Below are positions 49,760-62,830 of a stretch of 64,000 nucleotides of DNA, piece by piece. Source of the DNA: Dicyema japonicum (lineage: Eukaryota > Animalia > Dicyemida); NCBI GenBank assembly GCA_011109175.1, contig RDEW01000026.1, forward strand, positions 761,695-825,694. Reading direction: 5' to 3'. Numbering within the stretch: position 1 is the stretch's first letter; every line of letters starts with the position of its first letter. Both the position numbers and the translations under genes were made by a program. The notes under the pieces are model-generated. The model ran no database searches. It saw only the letters and a list, made by a program, of their open reading frames with translations, and was not told the origin of the DNA.

Positions 49760-50260
49760 CTGTTGCCAGTATGTACATGGAGTGGTCTCTTTTGAGTTGT
49801 CATTGTATTACATATAGGCACTCCCTACACCTTAAAATACCGCAAGGTTTGGGTGACTTGCAGTACATTTTCACATCCTGCCTTTGGCACTGAATATACG
49901 CTTAATTTTCACCAACAGGTCTATACGAGTAAAACCAACTACCAAATTACCAAGAACCAAATGAAGTTCACTATCGAACCCATTAAGTCAAACAAAACGG
50001 GAGACATATTTGTTCTCACAGATGGTCTCAGCCTGGTCTTAAATAAGTGGAAGAACTGGACGAGGATAACAAATCAAGTAGGGCAAAATAGAGAAATCAC
50101 CCTGAAGATAACCCCCACAAAAAGTAAACGCCTACTAACCCCAGGCAAAATTATAACGTGGAAGAGTCTACCACTGCTACTGTCAACCATTGGGGGAACA
50201 GTAGCCATCCACTACATAGCATCCGACAGGCGGTCAAGAAGGACAGTAAGGGAGTACTAA
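49760..50260 (+). CDS. Possible small lineage-specific membrane or secreted protein
   Basis: A 22-nt candidate intron (gttgtcattgtattacatatag) joins a hydrophobic stretch to ORF 49853-50260, which ends in a hydrophobic segment. No motif recognised. Confidence 0.25.
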
Positions 50261-50317
50261 TAGTATTAATCGCAGTAAACTCGCCATTTACTCCCAAAAA
50301 TTGTCTCAGTAATAACA

Positions 50318-50887
50318 CTAACATTTATTTAAATAACTGTTAGCTATTGACTCCTTCATTTTTTTCCTCCCAGTGAGGTCGAATATTTCGTCGTCATTGG
50401 CAACAGGGGGAGATGAGGTTAGTGGGAGTGCCTTTCCTTTCTGTTGAGCCCTCAAAAGTGCCTTAATTGCGTTTGCTCTTAATTCCAGCTCTGTAAGCTC
50501 TTCCTCTGTTTGCTTGGTCTCCACCGCTTTAACCTTCTTCTTCTTCCTTCTATCACACTTTTTGATGCTCTTGCCTAGTGTAAGCTAGGAGACTACCTTT
50601 TGTGACCCTCCTCAGATTGGATCTCGAGACATTTTTGGATTCTTTGATGGCACATTCCTTCAATTCGCTTACTGATAGGTTCTCTAATAGAGTTTGATGC
50701 TAACCTCCAAACAATCCGGGAGTATCTGTCTTATTTCACTCTCGCTTAGTGAAAGAAAGGCTTCTCCAATCATCCTTGCGCGGTCACGACAGAAGGTAGA
50801 AATCAAAGCAACGTCTGAATTGGTCACATCACCTTTTCTATCCTTATTTGACTCTGATGACTCACCATGCCTCGACTTGCGCCCCAT
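50318..50887 (-). CDS. CAAP1: CAAP1-like protein, 2 introns (21 and 22 nt)
   Basis: DRARMIGEAF..EIRQILPDCLE/NLSVSELKECAI and LTELELRANAIKALLR match CAAP1 motifs (DR.EM..QCF..MLPD.LK; LELEMRARAIKAL). Confidence 0.7.
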
Positions 50888-51484
50888 TATAACAAAGATT
50901 TTAAATAATATTAATTATGATTTTATATTATTATTAAAAGACAATTTTTTAATTTAAACTTTTTTGTGTCAAGGATGAACATTTTCGAGAATAACCCTAC
51001 CGGTGTGGAAGTGGAAGATCTCTTGGAGTAATCCGACTAGACGACGTGCTTCCTGATGCTCTCTAGGGGGAGGATATGTGACGAGAAGCTAAAGAAGCAA
51101 TATTATTACTTAATCTTCTCACCGTGCTTGTTCCACTTCTCTGCTAACTTCTCGATTTTATAATCCGAGTGTGTATGGGTTCGTGAGGATCATCAGTCTA
51201 TTGGACAAATTCCGGGGAGATCCCAGTCATCTCTAAAAGGCGTACAGTGTGATTAAGCGGTTGACTTTGGGAAGGAGTTGTCGCTCATCAACTCTGAAAA
51301 TCAACACGATGTAAATTTGGCTCTTCTCCCAGTAAGGGATTACATGAGTTAGAGAGATGAAGACCTTATCAAGATGCGGTCCATACTCAAACGAATTGGG
51401 ATCACGTGACATCTCATTCTCCAACTTTCAGGAATGACGAAGCAACGGATACATTCGACTCCCATCTGACCCATATCGGAGGTA

Positions 51485-52616
51485 CAGTAAACTTTCCCAA
51501 ATTTGCTATTTTTGGTTCCAGCATTTTTTTGCGGCAAATTTAATCAATAATTAAAAAATAGTTATTGGGAAACTCGTGGATGAAAATAACTAAATTTGAT
51601 TTTATTACGGAAACAAAGTTTATTTAAAAGAATAAACTATAAAAATTCAATGAATAAAATTCAATTCCCATTTGCTTCTTTGATATTTAAATCTACTAAT
51701 AGATGTAATAAGGACGACATCCTCTTCGTTTTCAACGTTCTCAACAAGATCCTTTTCAATTTCGCTTAACTTGGATGCTATTTCATTCTTGTTTAGGGGT
51801 TTCAAATTAGTAGTTTCTCCATGGATGAGCATTATCACTAAATAATGATGTTATTTCTTCTTCTATTCCGTTTTTTCAGAAGGCTGAATTATTCCTGCAG
51901 CATATTTTAAGAAAAAAAACATTATTTTAATATTCGATGGAAAGGAATGAGAGGGACAATTATCTGTAATGAACAAAAATTGACTTTTCTGGCCTCAAAA
52001 GGTTATCGAATTTTATCATCCAGTTAATAAAAATAAATCCAGTGATCTATGCTCTTTTGGAACTTTAATACCAAACAGAACACCGATAATCATATTTTTT
52101 GAAACACCTTGGAATTTTTGAAGTTCTTGAATCATCTGAACGGATTCTGCATATACTTCTGAATGGAATAAGCTTGTAAAAATCGCAGTTTCATCCAGGT
52201 TAATAATCTGGTCGCAGTTATATGACTTTGAAACTTCTTGAAATTCTTTGAGAAACCCTTCAATATCGACACTTGTACAAATTTGTCCGTGTAATTTCCT
52301 CATCCGAAATCCATGCCTTTTCTTAAATTTGGATAAAAATCAATAAGAGTTTTTGAAATAGTCAAGAAGAAAGTTGCTTATCATAGAATTCTGCCTTACT
52401 GGATATTAATGCATCGTTCACGCAATATTTGCACTTTTTGTTCAATAGTGAGTCTTGTATAACGACCACTCAAATCACAAGGCATGCTACTCGAATAATG
52501 TTTTAATTTTCAGTAATTTTTTTAAAGGCTTTGAAAAATTCTGGAAAATTTCCACTATAAGAAAATTTCTTAAAAATGGCAAATCTGAGAATTGGCAAAT
52601 TTAATAGAGTTTACTG
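51485..52616 (-). mobile_element. pogo/Tigger-type DNA transposon, internally deleted, 1132 bp
   Basis: TIRs CAGTAAACTTTCCCAAATTTGC and CAGTAAACTCTATTAAATTTGC, TA on both flanks. Transposase remnant FRMRKLHG..YNCDQIINLDETAIF. Confidence 0.85.
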
Positions 52617-52952
52617 TACTTTGCCAAAGACCATCTAAAGCCTTGATACATTGCTCTAATTATCATATTAAGTACATTTGTACCACAAACATGTGATTAT
52701 TACTTTGCACTCCAATAAGCCAAATTTGTCCAAATGATACGGAAATCAGCATAACAACAATTGTCCAAATGATACGGTTCAAGGCTTGCGAAACAATGGT
52801 TTCCAAGACCCCTTGAGGAAACAACCTCCATGGCCACCACCCCGTAGTTGGAGCACTGTTTCCTTTCATACATTCATTTCGACATAAGAGCTAAGACTAT
52901 CAAAGACTCGAAAGCAAATTCGTAACTGGAGAGAAAACACTAAAGGGGACAA

Positions 52953-53969
52953 TTAAAACAAAAAGTCAGTAACATCCTTGGAGTCCTTTCCGGTGAAACG
53001 GAGAGGATTTGTGAAATGACGAAAGACCGCAAAGATGAGTTTAATGACAAAGGCAGCCCCCGATAACCCGAGAATGCCAAATCCGAGCTGAGTACTCAAC
53101 GGGAAGTCACCGTAAACCAAAGGACGGAAGAGGACAATCCCACATCCACACAACATTGCAGAAATGTACTGAACAATGGCATATCTCGTGTATTTCTCCA
53201 AGAAAAACAAATCAGACAAGATAGAGACCAGAATCCACCCCAGAAATAATCCACCAAATATTTTCCCGGCAACTTCATGGCTGACACCCGTTGGACCTCC
53301 CCCATCATTGTAGACAACGGCAACTGAAAGGTTTAGCAGAGCCAGAAATGTAAGCCAGCTGGTAAGAAGAGCAAGTCCATTCAACCCAAGAATTCGTATC
53401 AACCAGACATCAGCAGCCTTGGAGCAGTCAAATAGAAGACTCTGACAGTAGTACGTTTGGTGGGCTATCAGGGAGTAGGCAATGTGGGACAAAAGAGAGG
53501 AGACAAACATCAAAGCAGCACAAGCTCTGAAAAAGAGCATATCCCACAGAAACAAATACACCACGGATATCAGAGACACAACGATGATCGACAGATAAAC
53601 CATTGAGGGGATAACACCACCACGTGGTTGTTTGTACAAGTAGCAGGCACGTTCGCCATAGTCATTAGTAAAGTCTTGAGTGTAGTGAATCCTTCTGAAT
53701 GTCGTGGACAGTCCGTATATGATAAACAAGGCCAGCCAAATGAAGACGGCATTCCAGTGATTGTTAACCCAAGCAATGGGAGTTATGGGAGTTTGGTACT
53801 CGAATTGAATGTCAGTCGTAAGATTAGTATAAAGGCCTTGTTAAATTAGCATAAAACAACCATAACTGAGTTTGCTCGATCTATCCAACATGAAGAATAT
53901 CCCAGCCACGATAATAGAGACGACACAAGAGATTAACAACGTAACAGTCACCTTTCCTGTAAAACTCAT
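52953..53969 (-). CDS. Multi-pass membrane protein of an uncharacterised family related to TspO/tryptophan-rich sensory-like proteins; one 24-nt intron
   Basis: Spliced product has YQTPITPIAW..HW, YLFLWD and DVWLIRILGLNGLALLTSWLTFLALLNL, motifs typical of this family; open to the stop at 52953. Confidence 0.7.
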
Positions 53970-54479
53970 ACTCCTCCACTCAAAGACCTGTTTGACAGAC
54001 AATTAATGTATTGATTGCGCTCCAGTCTTTTTACGTTTTAAAGAAAATCAATATGCGCATTATTGACTATTCGATAAAAATATAATTAATATTTTCAATT
54101 ACTGTCTTAAATTGCCTTTTATATGTTACCTTAATTTTAATATTACTGACATTCAACTGAGATTATTTCTGTTAGCATTTTGACACTCCATGTTGGTGGA
54201 TGCTCCTGACGAAGCTATACCGTGGAAGGAGTAACGTATGTGGTCTTTCACGTCAAAGATTTTCGTGAGAGGTTGCCATTCATTCATGCCTCTTTTTATC
54301 TCCGCGGTCCAAACAGGAAACTCACTGAGGGGAAGCCAGCCATCTCCAAACCTGGAAGAACGAAGAAGGACCCAGCTTCATGTAGACCGTCACGCTACTC
54401 TGTTTGATGTAGAAAATCCGGGAGAGACTGATTCTCAATAATCAGACTTTTTCTCGGACATGAAATTTCAGCATGTATT

Positions 54480-54960
54480 AAAAGAGAAGATGCTTACTTT
54501 GATCCACCTATCAGTCAGTCTATCTATGAACCACATCCCTACACCGTAGACAGACAATTATATTATTCTCACTTATGTTGACGACTTCATACCCTCATGT
54601 GATCGGGAAATCCAGGCCGCTACTTCAAGATATTCCTAAAGAATGGTTATCAAAGAACCACAATTCCACCAATATTGAAAAGTCTCTCACAAGTCTTTAA
54701 ACAGACAAGAAACTGCGAAGCGAGCACGTGGTATTCTAGCCCCATGTTAAAAATGTGGTAACAAAATGTGAAAAGAAGACTAACTGGCGGAAATGTCTCT
54801 TGTGGTTATGGAAGATCGGAGATCACCATATTTTGGAAGCCATAAGAGCAATACATTGAACCATTCTTAACATGACTTCATTGGGTCCGTTTATTACCTG
54901 GGGAAATTCCAGGAAAATCGAAACTAGCCAGAAATGGGTTTAAAAATTGTGAGCGACAGA
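54480..54960 (+). mobile_element. Penelope-like RT remnant
   Basis: TYVDDF and FLKNGYQ (PLE NGYP-like) motifs in broken frames. Confidence 0.35.
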
Positions 54961-55267
54961 CTTTTTCAAAGATTTCCCCTCAAATGCCTCTGTAATCGCT
55001 AATCCGTAGAACCACGTGTGACTGCGAGCATCCATTTATACGGACGATACGTGCTTGTGTGGGTCATCGGACATGATGAGGATGTCCGGCACTTCTGGCT
55101 AACTTGTATAGTTTAATAATCTTGGGACAGGTCCTCGACTTAAAAATTCATTTTGTGATAACAACAGTGTTCTCTGCTGGTCCCTGATCTAAATGAAACG
55201 ATTCCAGAGATCGACATGTGTATCTGCTGTGGTGGAGAAATCGATGGCTAATCAGGAAAAAAAAGAG

Positions 55268-56670
55268 GTTTACCCATGCTTAGTGAATCTCCACGGTGAC
55301 ATTAAGGGCACTGGCAGAAATCAGACTGCGTCAAATCCGTTAACGGCTATCGCACTGCTTTATTGTTATTACAGAGTCAGATTCCCTTTCTCAATTCCAG
55401 TTCTACTTTGGTTGTTAATGCCTTACCCCTATATCAAGCAGTAGCAAACTATCACAACAGAAATAGAGCTATATAGGATCAACCCGTTAAGCCAATCCTT
55501 CTACGAAGGTACAGATCTATTTTACCGACTTCTCTTATCAGCGTTTATCTATTCACCAGAGGCTGCTAACATTGGATACCTGCTACGGTTATTGATACGG
55601 CTTTAGTATTAAACTGTTACAGGCGTTTTATGAATTGACAGCCATTCTTTGCGGATAAGGTCTCTATGATCAACAACTCTTTCGCTGGTTAAACCATTTC
55701 TAGGGAAATTGATTCTTTAAAAGAAAAGATAACTCTTCCCGAAATGCCTACCGTCTTAGACTAACAAAAACGTCACCACATAAACAGCCAGCTCAGGTTT
55801 CGGAATATTAAATCCATTTCCTTTCGCACTTTGGATAAAACAGCCATTTCAAATGATTTTTCAACGTGATTAGGACCGACTAACCCGAACCCAACTAATG
55901 TTTACATGAAACCACATAGGCTACTACCACCAATATCTGCACTAGAGAACACCTCAACCAGTACTCACATACATGGTTTCTGTGCTACCTCCACGCTCTC
56001 TTACTTGTTATGGGCTATCTTTAAGTAACACTCACATTGCCATAAAGGCCCGGTATAGGTAAGACGCTACAGCGCCATCCATTTTCAAATCCAATTAATT
56101 CGACTGGAGGTTTCCAACTACTAAGGCCACCTTCCTGTTGTCATAATCAACTGACACTTTTTATGGTATCCTGTGTGCGTCTAGTTAAGCACCTTAACCA
56201 AGCGTTTAATTCATCCCACAGTGCCAGTCATGATTACCATAATTGGCCCACTTGGTACCCTTATTTTACGTATGAATGCACTCAAGTTAGTCACACTTCT
56301 CACACGTTTAAAGTTTGAGAATAGTTTGCACCCACATAAGCACAAATCCTCTAATCATTCGCTTTAACATATGGGACTAGTCTCGAGCGCCAGCTATCCT
56401 GAGAGAAATTTCGGAGAGAACCAGCCCTATACGCCCCTATACCCAGCTGTGAAAACCGCGATAGACCTCCACCAGTGTTTCCACTGGCTTCATATTAGCC
56501 AGGTATAGTTGGCCATTTTTCGAGTTTTAACGCACTAGCTATCACTCCCTCTACAACTGTAGTATCAAAAAAGAGTGTATGCTGCCGACTATAGCATCAC
56601 ATCAAATCACTTTCATTGCGCCGTATGGAATTATTAGACTTGCTAGTACGATAATCTCATTGTCCGTTGA
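55268..56670 (-). pseudogene. Degenerate internal fragment of 28S (LSU) rRNA
   Basis: The minus strand carries ordered, mutated LSU core motifs: ACGGAC.A.GAG, CTCAGGATAGCTGG, AGTGGGCCA.TT.TGGTAA, TGAAAATGGATGGCGCTGTAGC, GAAGGATTGGCT, GGGAATCTGACT and GATTTCTGCCAGTGC..TGGGTAAAC. Conserved core segments are deleted. Confidence 0.88.
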
Positions 56671-56724
56671 AGGCAAACAATGGAGAACATTATTTAGCAT
56701 TGAAAAACTTTCACTGAATTAGTC

Positions 56725-56810
56725 AGGGGAAATGCGTTCTCAATTATGAGAGCTTCCAGCAGTTGTTAACTGTTAGTTTTTGCGTTAAATAAAATTGTTT
56801 ATTAAAAAAA
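56725..56810 (+). mobile_element. CRE-like 3' end fragment with A-rich tail
   Basis: GGAAATGCGTTCTCAATTATGAGAGC..TTAACTGTTAGTTTTTGCG matches 5030-5090 on the minus strand. Confidence 0.7.
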
Positions 56811-56859
56811 TAGTTTTTCCAGGACACTTCCATAAATTTCTGGACAAAACTATAAATTT

Positions 56860-57420
56860 CGCAATTTTATATCTTTTAATGGAAATTTAATTGTCCTTTT
56901 TTCAAGATATAATTAGATATCAAACGGATCCTGTTCAAATTTGATTGAATAATTGTATCTTGGCATTTTCTTGTTTCCATAATAATTGAATGGTAGACAG
57001 AAATCAAATCTGCCAAATTTTTCGTTAAATTATCTGATTTTATTGAAGCTCCACAATTTTCCATCATCTGAAAAAGAGTTCACAATTTCAAATATAATGT
57101 TCCATATTCTTGGTATAATTTGCAGCATCCATCCAACTTCCTAAAATCATATATGGGGCGGTGTCCATTATAAATAGAACAAAGTTATTTCTTTTGATGT
57201 CATTCTCCAACAATATCATCAATTGTCTGGGATATTGCAATTGTCACCGTTCAACACAGAGTATTAGTCATTATGTGATCATAGGATTTTCAACAGTCCC
57301 AACTATAATATTTACAAAATGCTTTTTTGAAATTTGGGTCTTATCCACAATGAAAATACATTTCTTCTACTAATGGTATCTTTAATTCTCGTGATTTGAT
57401 TGGAAATAAGTGATTTTTAA
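56860..57420 (-). mobile_element. Possible hAT-related transposase remnant
   Basis: MYFIVDKT..FVKIIVG and NFVLFIMDTAPYM resemble the hAT motifs SIDETTD..VIVG and LFVSDAAPYM. Frameshifted; TIRs not found. Confidence 0.4.
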
Positions 57421-57967
57421 TTTGAGAGTCCGCTTGATTTTTGGAGAGTCCTAGCAACCAATTCCTTTTGAAGCCACGGAATGCGCCGTTGTGATCGCGA
57501 AGATCACTCGACCGATACGTGCTTGTGTGGGGTCGAGGGAAGAACACCGGGCCAAGATGAGGTCCTTGCTAGAGCGGACTGGGATCACGTCATTAGTCAG
57601 TTTGCATAACCGTGGTCTCTGATGTTGGTATTATTATATGTTGGAGGACGGAAATTCCCTATTGCTACCAATATTGCTTCGAAATCAGTGTCCTTATGTA
57701 TGTATCCACCGAAATAGCTGTTCAGATGGTGTCGTGATAAGAGTGTTAAACGAATTACCACATTTCCGAAAAGAGCTTAATCTGTCTCCACAAGTTTTTG
57801 CACAAAACCAAAATATACATGTCTGATCTCTGGAAGCGTCCGCTCTTGGCGGTGACGTTCTTGTTAGCCATTTGATTATTTCACTCGAAGGGACCGGGGA
57901 TAAATAAATTAAAAAAATTAAATTAATAATATTAATCTGATTAACTAAGCTAAAATAATTAAGAAAA

Positions 57968-58943
57968 TTAGTCAAGTATGTTCGAATCGACTATTTCTCG
58001 GGGGGATTCGTGCTTGTAAAGACCCCGAACATCGACGGTCAGTTTAGCAACAAAAGCAACCGCAGCTAATCCTATTATGACAAATCCAATCCATGGAGAG
58101 TTGCCATGACCTGAAGGAAGGAAGGTAACAATTCCACATCCACACACCATCGCAGAAATATAGTGAACTATAACATACCTCGTGGTGCTTTTAAGTATAA
58201 GCAGATCAAGAAGGAGAGTGATCAAAATCCATCCAGAATAAAATATGCCAGATATATTCCCAGCAACTTCAATATTGAGGCCTGTTGGACTTTTCCCATT
58301 CTTGTAAACGACAGCAACGGAAAAGTTTAGCAGACATAGAAATGTAAGCCAACTGGTAAGAAGGGCAAGGCCATTCAAGCCAAGGACTCATACAAGCCAT
58401 ACATCTAAGCCCTTATCAAAATCAATTAGGTAAATATCGACCTGACGAGTGTTACGGGCCAACAAGTAATAAGCATAGTGGGATAGAATACAGGAGATCA
58501 GTACCAAAACAACACAACCACGGAAGAGAAGCATATCCCACAAGAACAGATAAACCAACAATATAAGAAATATGGCGGTAATCGACGAGTAAACCATTGG
58601 GTGAATAACTCCCGTTCGTGGTTCTTCATATAAATATCCGGGGATGACTATTTTCGAACATCGAGTATAGTAAATTCTTCTTTTTGTAGTTGAAATGCAG
58701 TAGATCATAAAGAACCCGATTCAAATGAACACAATATTCCAATGAATGTTAACCCACCAACTGGGAGTAAATGTAGTTTGATAATCATATTGAATGTCCA
58801 CCGATTTCCTTGTGAAAGGACCTATTAAATAACCACACACTACCAGCAAAGAGACTCTCCAACAGGAAGAAGATTCCCGTAATATTGAGTGAAATAACTG
58901 AAGTAATCAACAAAGTCAAAATCACTTTTCCTCTAACACTCAT
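57968..58943 (-). pseudogene. Pseudogenised paralogue of the 52953-53969 membrane-protein gene
   Basis: Colinear, with a 22-nt intron (58822-58843) at the equivalent position. In-frame TGA at 58721-58723 (TGG in the paralogue) and at 58388-58390 (CGA in the paralogue). Confidence 0.85.
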
Positions 58944-59659
58944 ATTTCGGGATTGAATCTAAACATTTGGAGAACACAGCACCTGTCAAGGGATTAACAA
59001 ATATATTCTTCCAACTTTCCTTTTAAATGCTAAATGAAACTCAATCGGCTAACATGGCTACAGAATTACTTTATGGGTCCTTCTGTTTCCTGATTATATT
59101 GCTGGATTAAATTTATAGTTTGTTCTCAGACTAAACTTTAATTTGACGTTACTCAGAGATCTCTTTATAGACAAAGAGTTTCAAAAAATCCACTCGACCA
59201 CATTAGTTCTTTCATCAGTCTGCTAAGTTGTTAGCTCTAAGTGCTGGTTAGATGGAGAGATTTCTTAGACTCCTATGTTCCCGTATAATTTGGGGAAACA
59301 CTTCCCCACGTTAAGATAAATTCCTTTTTTCGTGCTTACACAAGAAATCGATTCTGGAAGAGAACTTCTGGGCTGACTTTTCTTAGGAAGGGACGTTAAG
59401 CATAATATGAAAATACTTCTTGTCGTTGTTGACCTTCTTCCATCTTTGTCGCATGTCCTACCGTCGTGGGCATCACTTCATTCTTCGGCGGAGGAGTTTT
59501 CATAATGGTAATCTTCACTAGAGGATTTGGACAGTGAGAAAGGAGCGTGTTCCTTGAAAATCGTCAAGGAAAATGCCCTCACGAAAGTGGGCAGAAATTG
59601 CTAACTGTTAATTTCTCTCTTTAATTGACTTAATAAATTAAAAGAAAAAAAGGAAGTAA

Positions 59660-60008
59660 TGTAACGTTTATTTTAGTGTAACCATAATGGCATGTGACAT
59701 TAAACAACAAACATTATTGCACCAAGAAAAAGTAAACAACTAATTAAGTGTATCCAGTTTCCACTTTTACATAAACACAGTCCATCCGAACTCAGCATAA
59801 AGGGTAAAAGACTTCCACACCTGCAGTTGTGGAAACCTCTCCAGTGGAGTGGGGGAGGGCAAATAATCCTTTTTCGTGCTAGCCAGGCACTGGGCGCCAC
59901 CTGGACAGGTGGATCACATGACGCCACTCTAATAGGAAGGGAAACAGGAGGAACAGACAAAACAAACATAAAATTTCAACCAATTAGCCACAATAGCACC
60001 ACACGGCG
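59660..60008. repeat. Dispersed repeat copy B (see 5530-5805); its left 43 bp are shared with 37697-37740
   Basis: Direct alignment with copy A. TGTAACGTTTATT.TAGTGT...TAATGGCATGTGACATTA occurs at both 59660 and 37697. Confidence 0.85.
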
Positions 60009-60489
60009 ATGCAATTTCACGCATTATTATTTTGTTAGTAATTTAGCAAAATTAAAATAACAGACATCAATAATTAATGAAAAATTTATTTATAATTATT
60101 TATGATATTTTTTATTTCTTTAATTAATTTTGCTTTATTTAATATTTTGTTATTAACTTTTATTGAGTTATCATTTTTCATTAAATGTTTAATCTGTTGA
60201 ATATTGGCACTCATTAAGTGACTGCTGCTCACTGACTAAATATTATACATAATAAACTGTGCCAACAACAAAAGGTAGATTATTGTTGATTTGCCGTTTA
60301 TTCCGTGCAGTTATCTGATGATTGGCAATTTCGTTTGGTGATAAAGTTAGCTCCAACTCATTATTCAATCCTTTAACCTTTGAAAGATCAGTAGTCAAAG
60401 CAATTAATTTGAATTGGTCAAGTATATTCTTTAGTGACTCAATTAAATCCTCCCTATGATTCATGTTGCTTAGCAATAGTATTGCTATT

Positions 60490-62830
60490 TAATACAATAG
60501 CTATCCAGATACGCTCTCGAAGTCACTCAGTCTCATGTGGATCCTTGGTGACCATTTGGATCATTGATCCGATCTGACTGACTAGATCGTCCGGTTGTGT
60601 TAGGAAAACCCCAGAACTCTCTTCCAAAAGAAGAGAAATGTTTGTCGTCTTCAAATGTAAGGACTCTACACCTAGGCCATCAGATAATTCATCTTAATCA
60701 AGTTATAAGCTATTATTATTAACCCAGATTTATTTAATTACTAAATTAATCTAGTGATCTCAAAGACCTCAATCAGATTTCTCATTTTCTCTTCGTGCGC
60801 ATTCTGGGATCCAACACAATTTCTCTAAGGTCTTCAAGTGATGAGGGTATTAGTTTTTCTAGTTTCCCGAGACTACTAATAGTAGTCGCTGTTATGGCCT
60901 GAATGTCTCGGATTCTTTGTTTTTTCGTCCCCATGACGTACAGGCATAGCTGATAGATGGTTCAACGAATTGTTTGTACAACATTTTCAAAGCTGTGATA
61001 TGGGTTTTAATGCCACTGAAAATGGTTTTGATTATCCCTAGCTTTCTTGAGCAGCTTCCAGAGATGCCGTCAACGTGAGATGAAAAGGACATGTGTATGC
61101 CGAAGGTGACCCCCAGATTTTCAGTTTCCTCGTGAAAGGTATTTTTGCCTGATTGATAAATATATCCACTTTCATTTGTCCAAGTCGTTTGTCTGAGGTA
61201 AATAAGGACGAAGAAGATTTTTCAGTAGATATATCAGGCCTGTTATAATTTAGCCAATTTGAATCTTGTGAAGGTATTCTTGTAGTCTTTCTGATGCCTT
61301 TAAGATATTTTGATCTTGGGAACGATTAATAGGTCGTCAGCATATGATAGGAGGAAATCGTCATCATTATCGGGTTGTGGTAAATCGGACATTTAACAGT
61401 TTTTCACGAGAGCAATAATATAGCTCCGCATAGGCAAAACACACACTTTATTTAAGTAAAGAACAGTTAACTAATCGTAGAACCAATGAATGATCTTCAC
61501 TTCTTTTTTTCTTTTTCTTGTGTGTGGGTCCTTTAGCCGGTTAGCATAGTGGTTAGGTGTCTGGCTAAAGTGGCTTAGGTTATGGGTACGATTCTCGCAG
61601 TTGTTCACCTGGTGGAAGGTTCCACGTATCTACGATGCTAAAAGGGCTTGACGAGTGACGCCGTCATCAGTGGATATTCATTGAGACAGAGTCGAAGGCC
61701 TTTTGTAAATCGATCGAGCAAACGAATGTTTTGAGGTAACGAGGATTTGTGTTAAAGCCTTCAATGATAAATTGGTTAAGGGAAGTTAGGTGGGTAGAAG
61801 TTGAATAACCCCTTCTCCATGTTGTGAGGACGAAAAAGGAAGGGACGGGGTTATAAGATTAAGAATCAATGTTTCCAATAATTTTGAGTGCTTAGTAAAG
61901 AGATTGGTCGAAATGATGGAGGATTGTCCTTAGGCTTTCCAGGCTTAAGGATTGGGCGTATATTGGACAGTTTCCAGATAGTGGGGGAGAATTCATCCTC
62001 TTCAAACCCTCACTGACATCTGAATGTATGATACAGATAATCGTTGTGTTCTCTTTGGTCTTATTGAGGATAAAGAAGGCCCATCCATATTCCTGAGAGG
62101 TATGTGGCTTATATTGGCGTAATATTTCATGAACTTGTTAAGACTGTGCTGATCCGTCTGTTGTCTTTTAAAATTTCCTTTTGGGCCAAATTGTTAAATT
62201 TCTCTCCATAACCACTGAGCAGATTTCTGAAATGGAAGGGAAGATACTATAGTTTGTCCCATTTGTTAGCTTCAGCTTTTCTAATCCTTTTAGATATTTC
62301 GTCTGGGTAAGGAAGGTACGTGTCTTTTCAGGCGATTCCTTTAATTAATGATTTGGTGTTCTGATCGAGGTTTTCATTGTAGAATTTAAATGATCCGGAC
62401 CATGAGAATAGTTTTGTTAAAAAATCAGTAGCTTCATCAATTGCGGAGAATATCATGTAAAAGTTTATTAGTGCTTGATCGATGTATTTTGAATAATCAT
62501 TCCAGTTTGCTTTTTTATAGTTGAAAAATGAAACAGTCTCTTTTCTGTGATAAAGAACTTTTTGATTCGAATAATGATTGGATTGTGTCGGAAGATAATC
62601 CATAATGCACCGTCCGGTACAAGGTTTGGGGAACAGAAGGTAAAGTCTGAGTACGTTGATGCTTCGTTTTCCTTGTAAGGAGTCCTAGTGTGCTTCCTGG
62701 GGGTGTTGAGGATAGTCAGAGAGGTGAGTTTAATAAGGATAATCCTCTTGAGTCTGCTGGATGTGATTTTAACCAGGATGTTTAGCATTAAATTGTTCCG
62801 TAGTTCATTTTAATAGATTACCTACAAACA
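60490..62830 (-). mobile_element. Degenerate APE-RT LINE interrupted by a SINE
   Basis: YKKANWNDY linker, SIDLQKAFDSV, SYADDLLIV, LGVTF and YKQFVEPSISYAC. Confidence 0.85.
61400..61683. mobile_element. SINE copy with inverted 5' half
   Basis: 3' half on the minus strand (61400-61533), joined to the 5' half (A and B boxes) on the plus strand (61534-61683). About 18 nt are missing at the breakpoint. Confidence 0.85.

Noticed and set aside
55040-57535. Direct repeat GATACGTGCTTGTGTGGG flanking the rDNA relic as element termini
   Set aside because: Only about 20 nt match, not at the relic's boundaries, and no TSD. Probably two fragments of an unidentified repeat.
58388-58723. Alternative genetic code (TGA as a sense codon)
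   Set aside because: The two TGAs align to different residues (Trp and Arg). TGG encodes Trp in the other genes, and TGA terminates Vang, GNL2, DcpS and VPS26.
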